A DNA stretch of 64,000 bases from Octopus sinensis (GCF_006345805.1 NC_043004.1:71486001-71550000), one strand, 5' to 3'. Numbered from the stretch's first letter, positions 1 to 13,338 are shown. Made by a program: numbers and translations. Notes: generated by a model from the sequence alone, not told the origin.

Positions 1-1155
1 TAGAAAAGGGTTTAATCGTCTTTCTTGGTAACTAAGGGGGGGTCTAGGAAAATACAAACCGCATTCCAATCTATGCATCCGTCCTCACATGTGTGCCATT
101 TTTCACGCGAATCACCCAACCGTTTAGCTGTGAACCTCAAGACAAGAGAGAATACAACGATCGCCCATGTCCAGTTTATATTATAGACTAGCGGCACCGA
201 TGAATAGTTCACGGAATTAACGGTAAACGTAATGGGTTATTTTTGAAAACTTAATCGAAATATTCTGAAAGATTAGCCTTCGCTTGTATCAAATGATAAT
301 CTGCTATTCATTGAAATACATTTTATATATACATATTTTATATAATTTATTCACAATTTTATAGACTCAATACACAACACTCATTAAATGAATATTCACT
401 CTTATTTTCTCGTTTCCCCCATAAACAAATGAAAAATAATATCCCGTACATATTAGTTAAATTGCATGTATCTTCCAATAAAATAAGGGTGACTATTTCA
501 CGGTGACAGGTGATATAAAATACTTATTTCAAATTAAAAAAAATGTTTTGACTATTCACTCCCACAGCCACCTCCACCACCACTATGAACATCTCTCCCT
601 CCTCTTTTCTCCCCTCTCCCTCATCTACCTCCCCTTATCTTTGACTGTCTTTAATCTCACCATCAGAACATCACCGCTCCGCTGACATCATATTTTCAAT
701 TCTCCACTACCTTCAACTAACTTTTATAAACTACGTAACAAATATTAGGTTCGCTCTACCATACGTCATGGACACTTCTTTCCCCCCTCTTTTACTTTCT
801 CCTTATTTCTGTCTCAATCTCCACCTTATCCTCTTCTTTCTTTATCTCTCCTCTTCTCTCTTTCCATTAAACTAATCACATAGAAGCCTTACAATTATTT
901 TCCCTCTGCCACACGTCATGCACGATGCTCTCTCTTTTTCTCTCTTTTTTCGTTCGCTGTCATTTTCTTTCACTTTTTACTCTCCCTATCTTTTGTTTCT
1001 CACTCTTTATCTCTAATCACGTGATGGCGTTACCGATGGGGCTAAGTAACATAGTGACAGGCAAAATTATCATAAGATACAATGTAACATTCTCTTACAC
1101 TTCGATGACAACGAAAACTTCAAATTTGAGAAGACGTAAAACAATAGAAACGAAC

Positions 1156-1270
1156 CAGTGTCTCGTTGCTACATTTGCATGACATGGGATCGTCACATCA
1201 GTTCCTATTTTTGTAATTGGCCAATAGAAAGTACCATTGCTTGTTGAGGTTGTGCTTTCTTTACAAAACA
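1156..1270 (-). CDS. Internal exon encoding an HRM (hormone-receptor) domain of an adhesion/secretin-class GPCR ectodomain
   Basis: Acceptor tttcttttttcag-type tract ending at 1271, donor gttcgt at 1155. 115 nt, phase 1 to 2. Reads (V)FCKESTTSTSNGTFYWPITKIGTDVTIPCHANVATRH(C), matching the HRM pattern C...WP.T..G......C....A.R.C. The phase matches the exon at 6438-6621. Confidence 0.8.
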
Positions 1271-1389
1271 CTGAAAAAGAAATAGAACATTTGTATGAGA
1301 TATATCTCAGAGAATTCATTGGTGTGGATTATATCCTGGAAATACATGGATATTGATAATGGTGGCTGGGCAAGTAACTGTACTAATCT

Positions 1390-1477
1390 ATATAGTACTA
1401 CTACTACTCTATCCAGTAGTAGTAGAAGCAGCAGCAACAGCAGTTGTAGTAGTAGTAGTAGTAGTAGTTGCAACAGC

Positions 1478-1516
<39 letters not shown>

Positions 1517-1585
1517 AGTAGCAGCAAGAGGAGTAGTAGTTGTAATAGGACTAGCAGTAGTACCAGCAGTAGCAGACGCAGTAGC

Positions 1586-1620
<35 letters not shown>

Positions 1621-1662
1621 CAGCAACAGCAGCAGCAGCAGTAGTAGTAGTAGTAGTAGTAA
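1390..1662. repeat. Degenerate (AGT/AGC)n trinucleotide microsatellite
   Basis: Long gtagtagta/gcagca run. It explains the poly-L, poly-S and poly-V ORFs in the track. Confidence 0.9.
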
Positions 1663-2666
1663 ACTAAGTAACATCGGCGTCAAATTTGAGTGAAATCCGT
1701 TGAAAGTGGTAAACTTTTGGCTGAAATTTTGCAGACAATTTGATTGGGAAATCCCATAAGGAATCGGTTTATCGATTGTTTCCACTCATCGATTGTTTTT
1801 TTTTTTTTTTTGGTTTTTGGAGAACTTAAAGCATTCAAAGATCGCATGAGTCCTAAGTAATGCTGGCAACAAATTTGAACAAAATACATCAAAATTGGTT
1901 GACCTTATGGTTGAAAAGAGTCAGATCTCTCCTTTCGAAAATATAGAGTTTCGAAACATTGTTTACAATATGCAAATTTGGCACTCAGACGTAAGTTTTG
2001 TAAGTGGAATAGAGAGGCCTACCTTCTCCCACAGATATGTGAGAGTCAGATCTCTCCTCTCGTAAACATGAACAGTTTCGAAACATTGTTTACAAAATAA
2101 TAGCTGATCGTTTGCGAAGGAGCGTGTCTACAGTCAACATGTAGGTCTTTTGCTCTGGTAACCTCTGCTCTCTCCCATGTTCACGCACAACCAGCTCCGA
2201 GTAGAGCAACCGTTTCCGCTAATTTGGAAATTAGTTGTGGAGAAACGGAAAATATCGTTTATATATATATTGCATACAAGTGTTTTGTACGCATACATGT
2301 ATACATACATACATAACAACACCTGTCTGTCTGTTTTTGCCTGTCAATCACTCAATAAAAACACGAAATTTTAAAAATCTATTACCTTTCTCTCTCTCCC
2401 TCTCCGTCCCTCTCTTTACTCCGTCACTACAAGGGGACTTAACTCATGTTTGTAAACAATGGTAGATTTCTCCGCCGTAAAAATTGTTAAGTTATAATCG
2501 AAAATTTATTTTTACCGGTATTCGCCGGTGCCTCGGGAGAAAATAATTTGACGAAAATACAGCTAGAGTCGTGACGGATGTTGGAGCGACATGCGTGCAA
2601 ATTTGTGGACGTGTATAAATTACATTCACGTACACACACACACCCTGCCTTTTATATATATACAGG

Positions 2667-2731
<65 letters not shown>

Positions 2732-3639
2732 ATCTGGTGCAGACGCTATTTGAGGACACTTCTGTTTTTAGCCATTATTTTATTTAAGTAACATTTATTC
2801 AACTTCTATTTCAGAAAATAACAATGACAGGCGCTATGCTTAGTAATGAAATGGAAAGGCATGTTGTGATTGAGGTGTAGCAATAACCATTTTAGCCATT
2901 TTGAATTGTGGCGCGAATTGGCAATATGACGTAATGTCTTTGCCGAAAAATTATCATTTTCGTTTTTTTTCCCATTGTTTAATATAACTGCTCATATAAT
3001 GATTCTAGAAGTTTCGAAAAGAATATCTGTCATGGATTCTTTTTAAGTCAGGTTGAGCAGTTATAAAAACCCTGGATTTTGGAAAATATATCAGTGTTCA
3101 TTTGGTAGTCACTCAACTCCACGTCACTCACTCTTTTGGAGACATCGGTAATTTTTATGCCATGTCTAAGTTAATCACAAATCTATTTTGATTTGTTGGT
3201 TAACGTATTAGATAGAAAGAAGAAATTAGCTAAGGAATTTAAAGTCGTTTTTTCTCCACGACAAAGTTATCTTTCTTACTGTAAGAAAAATATAAAATAT
3301 TATATTTGTATAATAAAAAATAATTAAAAAGAATTGTTTCTCTTCACGTTTGTTTTTCAACTGAGCATAGATAAATATGCATTTCTGTAATCTTTGTTTT
3401 ATGTTTCTTATAGCGGTTTAAAGGACACGATTAAAATATTCAACATACATGGTCGTTGATGTAGCGTTCCATGCGTATATGTCTATACGACGTTATAACT
3501 GCAGTTAGGGTTTTAGTTATAATGATAACACTTGGGTATAAGTGACGTTGACTCATTATATTCTTACTTACTCAGAAAAAAGCCTAAATAAATAATATAA
3601 CCTAAGAGAAAGCTTAAGGTAGAATAACCGAAAACCGCC

Positions 3640-3965
3640 GTAGAGGCTTTGAAGGCTAAGTATGGTGATTTAGAAATTTCTCGTTTTCTGAAATTTGCAT
3701 AAGATTAGGTGTGAGTTAGAGAAAGAAGATGGAAGCGTATTACCTGAGTCAAAACGTACAAAACATTTTAAGGAATCTGATTCTAGCATCACGCCTGAAC
3801 GTATTCAGGTGCTTAAGCAAAACGTTGAAGACAAGCCAGGAAAATCAATGAAGTCAATTACAAAAAGTTTCGAATCAGAAAAAAACCAACAATCAGAAAT
3901 TTTGTGCTTGAAGACATCAGATACAAATCTTACGTCATAAGGAGAGTTAAATTCATGTCAGGAAA
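3640..3965 (+). mobile_element. Degraded Tc1/mariner-superfamily transposase N-terminal (HTH) fragment
   Basis: Frameshifted reading AVEALKAKYGDLEISRFLK...KIRCELEKEDGSV...TPERIQVLKQNVEDKPGKSMKSI...IRNFVLEDIRYKSY, resembling Tc1/maT DNA-binding domains. Confidence 0.55.
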
Positions 3966-4351
3966 AAAAGAAAACAAAATCATTTAATCAGATCCAAAAT
4001 ACTTTTGAACAAATTTTAAGTGTCATCAGAAGATATTGTGATTTGGGTTGTCTCAGCATTTCTTTGTAATCTATAAAACTCTTTTCAAATACCTTCCGTA
4101 CCTTCTATATTGTTGTGTCCTACTCGACACTAATTTGTCCCACCTCATCACGACGTACTTCGTCGTCTGTGAGACCAGCCCGAACAGCGTCCTCGCCGCC
4201 TGAAACTGCTGACTGTGTTAGTCCATTATTTCTTAGTAGTGGAGCAACCCACTTCGCACCTGGAGGCGTCCGCCACAACACCTCCCACTTTGAGGTTTGT
4301 TTCTATTTCTTCTAACCAGAATTATACACACACACACACACACACACGCAT

Positions 4352-4422
<71 letters not shown>

Positions 4423-4914
4423 TGTGTATGTGTGTGTGTGTGTGTGTGTGTTCAAAATTTACACACTATTATTATACATGTATAGTTCATTTCTACATCT
4501 TTCCCTTTCGCTACACTTTTCTCGGCAGAAGGGTATCATTGAGATTAGGAACAAGACACACACGACAGATGTTCTAAAATCTATACACGTACACATTTAT
4601 AAAGGATAAATTGTCTTATTTATTTTTATTCGGTTCAGTCTATTTAAAATCTCAATGAAACAACTTCTAATCTTTTTATGTCAATTAGCCCGGTTGAGAT
4701 TTTGCTCATATAATATTCTAACTGCAAATTTAATTTATTTTTTATAAATTTGTAACCGGTATTCAGTAAAAGTGAAACAATTGTAGGTATTCTAATTATC
4801 TATAAGTTAATAACTTAGATTATATCTATATACTCTCGATTTTCGTCTTGTTTATCATATGCTACATTTGTAATACACACACACGCGCGCGCGCTCACAC
4901 ACATAAATATACAC

Positions 4915-4958
<44 letters not shown>

Positions 4959-5039
4959 TCTATTTTCTCCACCGCCGCCGTGAGCGATACATCATTTGAA
5001 CGATATAGAGAATATTCCATCAGCATTCCCCCAACGACC

Positions 5040-5400
5040 TCAAATTTAGTTTCAGCATCCATCCAAGGTTAGGACCCTTAGTCGCACGTCCCCTCCACAA
5101 TTTAGAATCACAAAACATAGATATACTGCGACACAAATTCTTTTCCTCAACAGCCACTGCCTTATTTAACATTGTCTCAAAACAGATCAATGAGGGAAAG
5201 GACCCCATAACATTTGAAGGGAATCTGGAGAAATTTTCTTCAAGGGTTGTCAGTAAACCGCATATTCCTGGATACAAATGAATCAACAAGAACTCCTTAC
5301 TCGAATGGGCCATGATACCACAAAATAGGACATAAGAAGGATTTAGCAAATCCCATTAGGTTGTACTATTAAGTTTGACATGACATGGACACATCTTTGG
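5040..5400 (+). mobile_element. Old 3' fragment of a CR1/L2-type LINE (relative of 11408-12890)
   Basis: Reads HPRLGP...RHKFFSSTATALFNIV...KPHIPGY..INKNSLLEWA, and its 3' UTR (tattaagtttgacatg) is similar to 12830-12850. Confidence 0.7.
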
Positions 5401-6437
5401 TCGAAATATCTCTAAATTACATATATATTCGACCATGCCTAAGGAAGACGATTTGTTGCATAGCAGGCTCCGAAACAGCGTGATGTGTATTACTACCACA
5501 AACCACCGGGTTTTTTTAAGCACCTGAAGGTCATGGACAGGCTAGACAACTCGCCCCAAATTCCATTCAGTGGGGATGGGGGTCGATGCTTAACAACTAG
5601 TACTTTGACAGGATGATACCCCCTTCGTTGAATCGCAGTCTACCTTCAAACACATAACACATTAAGTATGTGATCGATGAAGTTTATAACACGAGTGCTG
5701 CTTCTATTTCACTTTTGAATATTCTGTTTCATATAAAGATTAATATCCTCTCTTGGCATTTCCCAGCATTTGATACCACGGAAAAGGATTCAATTATGGA
5801 TTAGAGTTTAAGCCATTTAACATATAGTTATAGTTTGTGATATAGCTTGCAGCAGATCTTGTTCGGTACGTGACATTGAAAGTCACAACAATGACCATGC
5901 ATCGTTGTCTGTCACTCAGAAAAAGGGACCTGATGTAAGTTGCTTCACTTCCCTTTAACTTACGTTCAGGTCTTTTTAAGAATATATTCTCCTAAACCTA
6001 AAACGCAGCCGACACATCAACTAACAACGCACACACACACACATAAATATATGCATGTGTATATGTGTGAGTGTGTGTTATGTGTGCGTGTGTGTATGCG
6101 TGTGTGTGCGTGCGTGTATGTGTGTGTGCATTGTCGACTGACATTTCTGTTGACAGGACGCCGATTTTAAATAAAGTGTTATATAGTAATAATATACAAA
6201 TTAGTGTCTCCAGGTGTCTGAAGTTACAAAAACTGTTGTTTATATAAACAGCTGTGTTACTTGTTTCTCTGGGATTGGTCAAGTGATGTACGCACCTCTA
6301 ATGGGAATGCAATAAATTTTGAAAACTGATTACGGTGATTATACATTTTCATATATTAACTAGTATACAATTTTCTTATTAAGCACTCACGTCTAATAAA
6401 TCAGGTTATCTTATATAAGAAAATAAACATCGCTTAC

Positions 6438-6621
6438 CAATGGAATAGTTCCTGTTACATAGGTTTCCGGTGCAACAACTAACACAAGAAGCGCCACTGG
6501 TCCATTTATTGCATGTAAAGGTATTGTTTCTCTGAGCTGCAAGACATTTTCTGTATGTGCTGCAGGACTTTTCAAACTCCAGTGTAACACCATTCATCGT
6601 TATCTTATTTTCACATACAGG
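6438..6621 (-). CDS. Exon encoding the C-terminal part of a Ly6/uPAR (three-finger)-like domain
   Basis: Acceptor tttgtatttattgcaacag, donor gtaagc. 184 nt, phase 0 to 1. Reads PVCENKITMNGVTLEFEKSCSTYRKCLAAQRNNTFTCNKWTSGASCVSCCTGNLCNRNYSI and ends in the LU-domain hallmark CCxxxxCN. Confidence 0.85.
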
Positions 6622-7369
6622 CTGTTGCAATAAATACAAAAATCATATACTACTACCACTTCTGCTGCTGATGATACTACTACTACTGCTGCTGCAAGCA
6701 ACAGCAACAGCATAGGGAATATTTAGTATGCGCGAAAGTTAAATGAATGATTATTCAAAAACTTATCGAAAAGCAACGAATTGGATCGATACAAACTGAT
6801 GAAGTCTTGAAAGACAACTGCATAGGCAATGTTCTGGAGATTTACTTATATTTATCGCTTGTAAATGATGTGTGATAAACGTTGGAGATACCTAATGTTA
6901 TCATATCAACGACGCTCTGTCACCCATTCCCAAACGCAGAAAAAAACGAAATGATAAATTCTATTGAAAACCTTATCATTTAACCGATAATTTTTGCGTA
7001 TTGCACAGTGAAGTCTTCATAGAAAGTGTACGAAATATCTTAGGTGTGAACCTCAGCAACAACGGAAACAAGCGCAACGGTAACTGCCGTAAATAAGGAT
7101 AATCAAATAAAGGGCTGGACTTAAACACTTAGGTTTTGGGGAAAAAAGGTGTAGTATATGCTTCTCCTCGGCATGCATATTCTATTGCAATAAAATAAAG
7201 ATACACAATATTCGCATAAAATTTGGAGAGAAAATATCCCAGATCCTGAAGAATCACTGATGAACATCACACTTCTTGATAATTCTATCTTGAAACGATG
7301 GATCATGAATTAGGCAAGCTATAAATAATAGAGTTTTAATATTGGTTTAGAAAACCATTTGGATAAAAA

Positions 7370-7437
7370 TGGTGCCTACGGAATTCGAACCCTCAGCTCC
7401 TGTTATCATGATTGGTGTTATAACATCAGACCAAGGC
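7370..7437 (-). pseudogene. Degenerate tRNA-like sequence ending in CCA
   Basis: Minus strand gccttggtctgatgttataacacc...tgataac...ggttcgaattcc gtaggca CCA. The B-box/T-loop is intact and the anticodon stem pairs poorly. Confidence 0.45.
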
Positions 7438-7512
7438 AATCCTTCGAATCTCTCTACCCATTTTAGAAACTTTATTGTTTTCAGCGAAAATCCTATGTTG
7501 CTGCCGTCTTAA

Positions 7513-7933
7513 TCTCTCTATATATAAACGGCAGTTTGTCTGTCTGTGTGTCTGTCAGGTTGTACCCTCACCCTGACCACGGCTTTCAACCGATTCTGAT
7601 GAAACTTGACACACACATAGCCCAATGTCATAATTCAAAACTAACGCAGCGAAAACTTTGAAAAGTTCTCCCAGTTCTGCAAACAATTGATAAATTCGAC
7701 ATGGGGTCGAGAATCTAAGCTTTTTATATGCAACACATTTTCTGTCTAAGGGACACAACTCGACAGCTAGGGACAGCTAGGAACATCGTATACACAGAAG
7801 TATTCGAGTGAAGAGAAGACATTGCAACCTACACATGCGCCTTCGTTCCCTAGAGAGAAAGGACTAGATTGGGATTAGTCGTTGCCTACTAGGGGCTCTT
7901 ACATACCCGGGAAACGCCGGGCTATGCTGCTAG
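7513..7933 (+). mobile_element. Non-autonomous Helitron
   Basis: 5' TC start after A (a|tctctctatatataaacggc), subterminal hairpin cccgg-gaaacg-ccggg at 7906-7921, 3' CTAG at 7930-7933 followed by T. Confidence 0.8.
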
Positions 7934-8169
7934 TAATTTATAAACTTCAAGAAAACATGAAGTAATTATTGCTGGTAAAGTTGGATATATCCCAATAATA
8001 ATGATTATAATAATCATTTTTGTATTTTGGTAATGGGCGACTGATGAGTGGCCAATACAAATAAAGACATAAAGTGTGTGGATGCTCATAGAATGGAATT
8101 GTAAATATATGGAGGACCTCTAGAACCAATCGAAGAACCCCACCATTCAACCTCACCCTGAATATTAAA

Positions 8170-9700
8170 GGCAAATGCCCTCTCCAATTAATTTTCTTCC
8201 GTCACACGGGTCTATACATTTAGAGCAGTGCCATTCGCTCTTGCGACTTCAAGCGTTTTCACCAACCTTTCAATAAATTCACTTATGGACAGCACCTTCC
8301 TCTCCACACACAATTTATTTCTTAATTGAATCTTGAACAGGTCAATGAGGCCTCGACCAAAAGAGGAATGTCTTAGAACTCATAACTTACATCTTACACA
8401 CAACCCCCTTCGTTATAGTCACCAGACAGAGGAAAACTACTTTCCCTACCCTGATAAAGGTTGGTGGCGGAGCATTCATCAAGACGTACTCGGTTGATAG
8501 CCAGAACTGTCCCCCATCAGACAGGAGTTGTTTATCATAATTCCACAAATCAGCAATATCCGGACATTGAACGAGTGCCTGCAGAATGATTTCGTCTGGC
8601 ATGTATTACTAAAACCCGAAAGGCAGACCATCCAAACCGGACTATTTATGCCTTGTGCAAGAGTATATTGCTCTCAATATTTCAAATGATGTAATCGGCT
8701 TCTCGATACACTTGACATTTGCCGATAGTCCATCGATATGCAGAACACTACTGTCTCCGATCCATTGCCTGTCCCGAACACATGAACGAAATGCTGTGGG
8801 AAAGCTTCACATCTCTGCGTGGGCCCTATCGATAGCACTTCGCTAAACGCTCTCTAACTTAAACGTCATCTTCGTCCCTTTAAGGACGCATTACCACTGG
8901 TTGTGGATGATAATCCCTCTCAACTATTGCATTGCTTCACAAATTTATTAGTGTAACCCCTGTAATCTTTGCAAGTTCGAAGGCACACGTCCAACTTCCA
9001 CTTTAAACTAAGGATATCCTACACTATCCTTATCTGCTGGCCTAACACTCTTTCAAGATACGATTAAGATGACCAATCTGGGATGCTCCGAGTCTGTACA
9101 GTTACATCAGGAAAATCCAGTCGTAAATCTATAGACCCCTGGAACCGTTAAAGCAGGATTTCGATGTTCTACATTACTCTCACACAGCCTTGTGTATAAA
9201 GTGCAGTTTCAAATTCACCTAATTGAGAGCGATGGTTTCCTAGGAAACCTTTCTGATGCCCTGAGAAATCGATCCCCTTGACACAGTGGTATCACACAAC
9301 TACTATACTGGGAATACCACCTTCACTGGACGAATGCATTGCTTTCAGAGCATCGAAGTGGAGCATCTGGTAGCACATATGTGGAGAATAACTGTCCATA
9401 CTTTGAAATTCAGTGACTTGCCTGATAACATAGCCATCGTTCAAACGAAAATTCTAAGATACAGGAATATCTCATAAGTCATGCGATCGGAGGTCCCTGA
9501 ACAACGGACCTTGCTTCCAAGTTGACTCCAAGGCTCGTATGTTCACACATTCCACTGATCCATGTTGTTCTGCTGATTGAAGGATGGAAAGACTGAGAGA
9601 GTGTCTGTATCTACTTACGATTTCATGGATATCTATAACAATTAGCGAAATCTTGGTACATGTTACGTAGCCATATTGGCTTTAAGTGAGGGTTAAATGT
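8170..9700 (-). mobile_element. Degraded L1/Tx1-clade LINE 3' portion
   Basis: 8387-8602 (ALVQCPDIADLWNY..QLLS...LSTEYVLMNAPPP...VFLCLV) aligns by eye with the C-terminus of the Tx1 ORF at 17730-18605. The upstream part has many frameshifts and the boundaries are approximate. Confidence 0.6.
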
Positions 9701-9734
9701 ATATTAATATAAAGAATGTAAGATTTCAGCTTAC

Positions 9735-9826
9735 CTCATCGCCTATACAGTTTGTCACTTCTGATTCCTTGCCCGTAAAACCTGAACATGTTTGACACTG
9801 CAAATTGCGTTGAAATAACGAGTAAT
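9735..9826 (-). CDS. Exon encoding the N-terminal part of the Ly6/uPAR-like domain
   Basis: Acceptor tttgtattgtatag, donor gtaagc. 92 nt, phase 1 to 0. Reads (D)YSLFQRNLQCQTCSGFTGKESEVTNCIGDE with the L-x-C-x-x-C start of LU domains, and joins 6438-6621 in frame. Confidence 0.8.
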
Positions 9827-10372
9827 CTATACAATACAAAAATATCCGTACTTAGGAACCAAATATGTAACGTATAAGAATAAGAGGAAATAAACACTTT
9901 GTGGTGTAAACCAAATGTAAAAGTGTTAAGGTTGGAATCAATACATGTGAGATATATAAAGAAAATTATTAATGAAGACTATAAGAGCATGTTACGACTT
10001 TCATTTACAATTATTTCAGTTGTTAGAAATTCAACTGAGAATACTATGGAAGCTATTTGATGGCCTTTTCTATTTGTATTTTGCTCTCACAAAAAGTGCG
10101 AAAATTGTGGAACAACTCAAATAAAGGGAAATAATTCTAAACTGGTGATTTATGCTTTTGTAGAATGAACTCCTTTATAAAATCTGTGAATGTCATTAAA
10201 ATTTTCTGACAACTGATGTTGGTGTGTTTACCTCGCCATAACCTAGCGGTTCGGAAAAAGACACTGATAATACTGGAAACTAGCAGGCTTGTGGGGTCAT
10301 CAGGAGTAACTACATACACACACACTCACAGACACACACACAGATATATATATATACATATATATACATACA

Positions 10373-10404
<32 letters not shown>

Positions 10405-10497
10405 AAATATTATTAGAGACAAAACCACTATTTTGCAAAACAAACAAGGAAAGACTTAATCAATACATAAAATTTTAATAAATAGTCAAAAAAACCG

Positions 10498-10540
10498 CCA
10501 CTACAATCGTTTCTTGTCTTGATCGACAATCTTCAGGTGG
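10498..10540 (-). ncRNA. Minimal type-I hammerhead ribozyme (left-arm copy)
   Basis: Minus strand ccac CUGAAGA uuguc-gaucaa-gacaa GAAAC GAUU GUA gugg. The core is intact and stems I and II pair. Confidence 0.8.
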
Positions 10541-10591
10541 ACTTCCAATAATTCAGTGTCAAATTATAATTTGACACTGAATATTGGAAGT

Positions 10592-10634
10592 CCACCTGAA
10601 GATTGTCGATCAAGACAAGAAACGATTGTAGTGG
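10592..10634 (+). ncRNA. Minimal type-I hammerhead ribozyme (right-arm copy)
   Basis: ccac CTGAAGA ttgtc gatcaa gacaa GAAAC GATT GTA gtgg, read directly from the sequence. Confidence 0.8.
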
Positions 10635-10812
10635 CGGTTTTTTTGACTATTTATTAAAATTTTATGTATGATTAAGTCTTTCCTTGTTTGTTTTGCAAAA
10701 TAGTGGTTTTGTCTCTAATAATATTTTATAATATTTACTATAAAATTGGATTTAATCCTAAATCTGATTTTTCCCTGTAAATTTGGATTTATTCCCTAAT
10801 ATTTATTATTTA

Positions 10813-10866
<54 letters not shown>

Positions 10867-10877
10867 ATATATATATA

Positions 10878-11268
10878 CTAGCAGTATCGCCCGGCGTTGC
10901 TCGGGTTTGTAAGGGAAATAACTATACAGCATTTTTAGAGAGTTATAGCCAAAAAATAGCAAAAAAATGCATTAAAAATGGAAAAATATGATGGTAAATT
11001 TTTTTTTAATCGTTGACTCATCGTAGACATTTTTAGAGAGTTACTTCCCTTTCAAAAAATATGCATGAAGATGGAAAAAATGATGGTGAATTATTTTTAA
11101 AATCGTAGACTCATAGTAGACGCGCGCTAATACCCAGAAGGGCTTGATATGAATCACGACTATAAGATACCCGGTTTTGGTTAAACTGCACCGCAAAATG
11201 TGGGAGTAGTTAGGAATCTAAATCGAAGGGGACAGACACTCACACAACTACAGTTTTATATATATAGA
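10878..11268 (-). mobile_element. Non-autonomous Helitron
   Basis: Minus strand begins a|TCtatatatataaaactgtag and ends with hairpin cccgagcaacgccggg plus CTAG|t. The termini resemble those of 7513-7933. Confidence 0.8.
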
Positions 11269-11276
11269 TATATACC

Positions 11277-11332
<56 letters not shown>

Positions 11333-11367
11333 CTTGGTGGTTGGCGAAATACCGACAGAATAAGTAC

Positions 11368-11405
<38 letters not shown>

Positions 11406-11407
11406 CA

Positions 11408-12890
11408 TACATCAAAAAAGGAAACAAATCGCTTGCCGTGAATTACCGTCCAATCTCACTCACCTCTCATATCATCAAGGTATTTGAGAGGGTGCTGAGA
11501 TCGCGTATGACTCACTTCCTTGAGAGTCATAATATGCTGAACCCCAACCAGCATGGATTCCGTAATGGGAGAGATTGCCTGACGTAGCTACTGCATCATT
11601 TTGATGACATTTTGAGGGCCTTGGGAGAGGGTTCCAACACTGATGTCATCTACCTTGATTTCAGCAAGGCCTTTGACAGGGTTGATCATAAGATCCTTCT
11701 GAGAAAGCTGTCCAATATTGGTGTCACTGGAAAGCTGCTGCAGTGGATCAAGTGCTTCCTGTCTAACAGAACCCAACATGTTGTAGTCGAAGGCGTCAAA
11801 TCCAGCCCAGCCAAAGTCAGCAGTGGTGTCCCACAAGGCACTGTGTTGGACCCACTTCTCTTCATCATCTACATAAATGATATTACTGACACCATCAAAC
11901 ACAGTAACATCAGAAGCTTCGCTGATGATTCCAAGCTCCAGAAGGTCATCAATGGCGTGGATGACCGAATAAACCATCAGTCAGACATACTGGCTGTTGT
12001 CCAATGGGCGGAAAAGAATAACATGTTGCTAAATGAAGACAAATTCGAACTGATCCACTTTGGAAGGGAGGACGCTCTGAAACTCCCATACTCTCTTCCT
12101 TCTGGAGAAATTCTCATGGCATCCAACAACATCAGAGACCTGGGAGTAACAGTGGACAACAACATAAGCTGGGCTACACATATAAGCAGCAAAGTTGACA
12201 TGGCCCGCAGAATGTGTTCCTGGATTCTCAGAACCTTCCAGTCGAGAGATTCCCACGCTATTATCCTTCTCTTTTCCAATTTTGCCCCACACCACCTTGA
12301 ATACTGCTGTCCTCTGTGGTCTCCCTACACAAAACAAAATATTATGAGAATTGAAGCTCCCCAAAGGTCAATCACAAAAAAGATAGATGGCATGTCAGAC
12401 CTTGACTACTGGGGTAGACTGGAGAAGCTGAAATTGTATTCACTCCAACGACGCCGTGAACGCTACATTATCTGTATGATGTGGAAAATATTCCATCAGC
12501 ACTGTCCAAATGTTGTTGGCATTACCTTCAAAATGCATCCAAGGCTTGGACCACGTGCCATCCGTCCACAACAAAAATCTAAATCGCATCACATAACGAC
12601 AATACGGCACAACTATTTCACCTCAATTGGACCCGCTCTCTTCAACATTACACCAGGACACGTCAAAAAAGAAACTGACCACACAAAATTCAAGAAGTCT
12701 TTGGACAAATTCCTTCAAACAGTACCGGACAAACCACCCACACCCGGATATGTCTCCGCAAACAATAACTCTCTGCTCGAATGGGCCTTGGTGCCCAAAT
12801 CCTGAACTGAAAGACTTCGCCAGGTGGTGCTATTAAGTTAGACATGGCCTGGGCCAATACTGGCCAAAACCTTTCTAAGTTATTCTAAGT
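11408..12890 (+). mobile_element. 5'-truncated CR1/L2-type LINE, reverse transcriptase C-terminal half, young copy
   Basis: [36 protein letters not shown] motifs. ORF 11612-12805 is open and there is one upstream stop at about 11585. The tail (ctaagtta)x2 runs into (TA)n. Confidence 0.92.
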
Positions 12891-12900
12891 TATGTATATA

Positions 12901-12996
<96 letters not shown>

Positions 12997-13080
12997 TGTA
13001 TGTATATGTATGTATATATACGTATATATATATATGACATGTGTGTGTGTACCTGTGCCTGTGTGTGTTATACTCTCTTA

Positions 13081-13301
13081 TTCTTTATTCTTTTATTTGT
13101 TTCAGTCATTTGACTCCGACCATGCTAAAGTACCGCCTTTAGTCGAACAAATCGACCCCATATCTTATTCTTTGTAAGCCTAGTACTTATTCGGTCGTTT
13201 ACATTGCGGAACCGCCACGTTACGGGGACGTAAACACACCACCATCGGCTATCAAGCGACGGTGAGTGGGACAAGCCCAGATAGACAAACACACACACAC
13301 A

Positions 13302-13338
<37 letters not shown>

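Larger units (their letters stand above)
10401..10805 (+). mobile_element. (TA)n-flanked fold-back element (about 165-bp arms plus 75-bp tail) carrying hammerhead ribozymes
   Basis: 10401-10566 is the near-perfect reverse complement of 10567-10730, centred on caaatta|taatttg. Both sides are flanked by (TA)n. Confidence 0.9.

Noticed and set aside
12-212. 66-aa minus ORF as the next GPCR exon
   Set aside because: No acceptor gives the required phase-2 start with T/C without an immediate stop, and there is no GAIN/GPS motif.
1390-1662. Thr/Ala-rich mucin-stalk exon in the minus strand
   Set aside because: The Thr frame ends in TAG with no donor before it, and the only acceptor is phase 0, incompatible with the flanking phase-1 junction. 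Treated as microsatellite.
1917-2096. About 55-bp direct repeat with tttcgaaac-att-gtt, resembling a hammerhead stem III
   Set aside because: No CUGANGA core upstream.
6775-6830. CTGATGA followed by a gtc-ttgaaa-gac hairpin
   Set aside because: Lacks GAAA and GUH in the right register. At most a heavily decayed relic.
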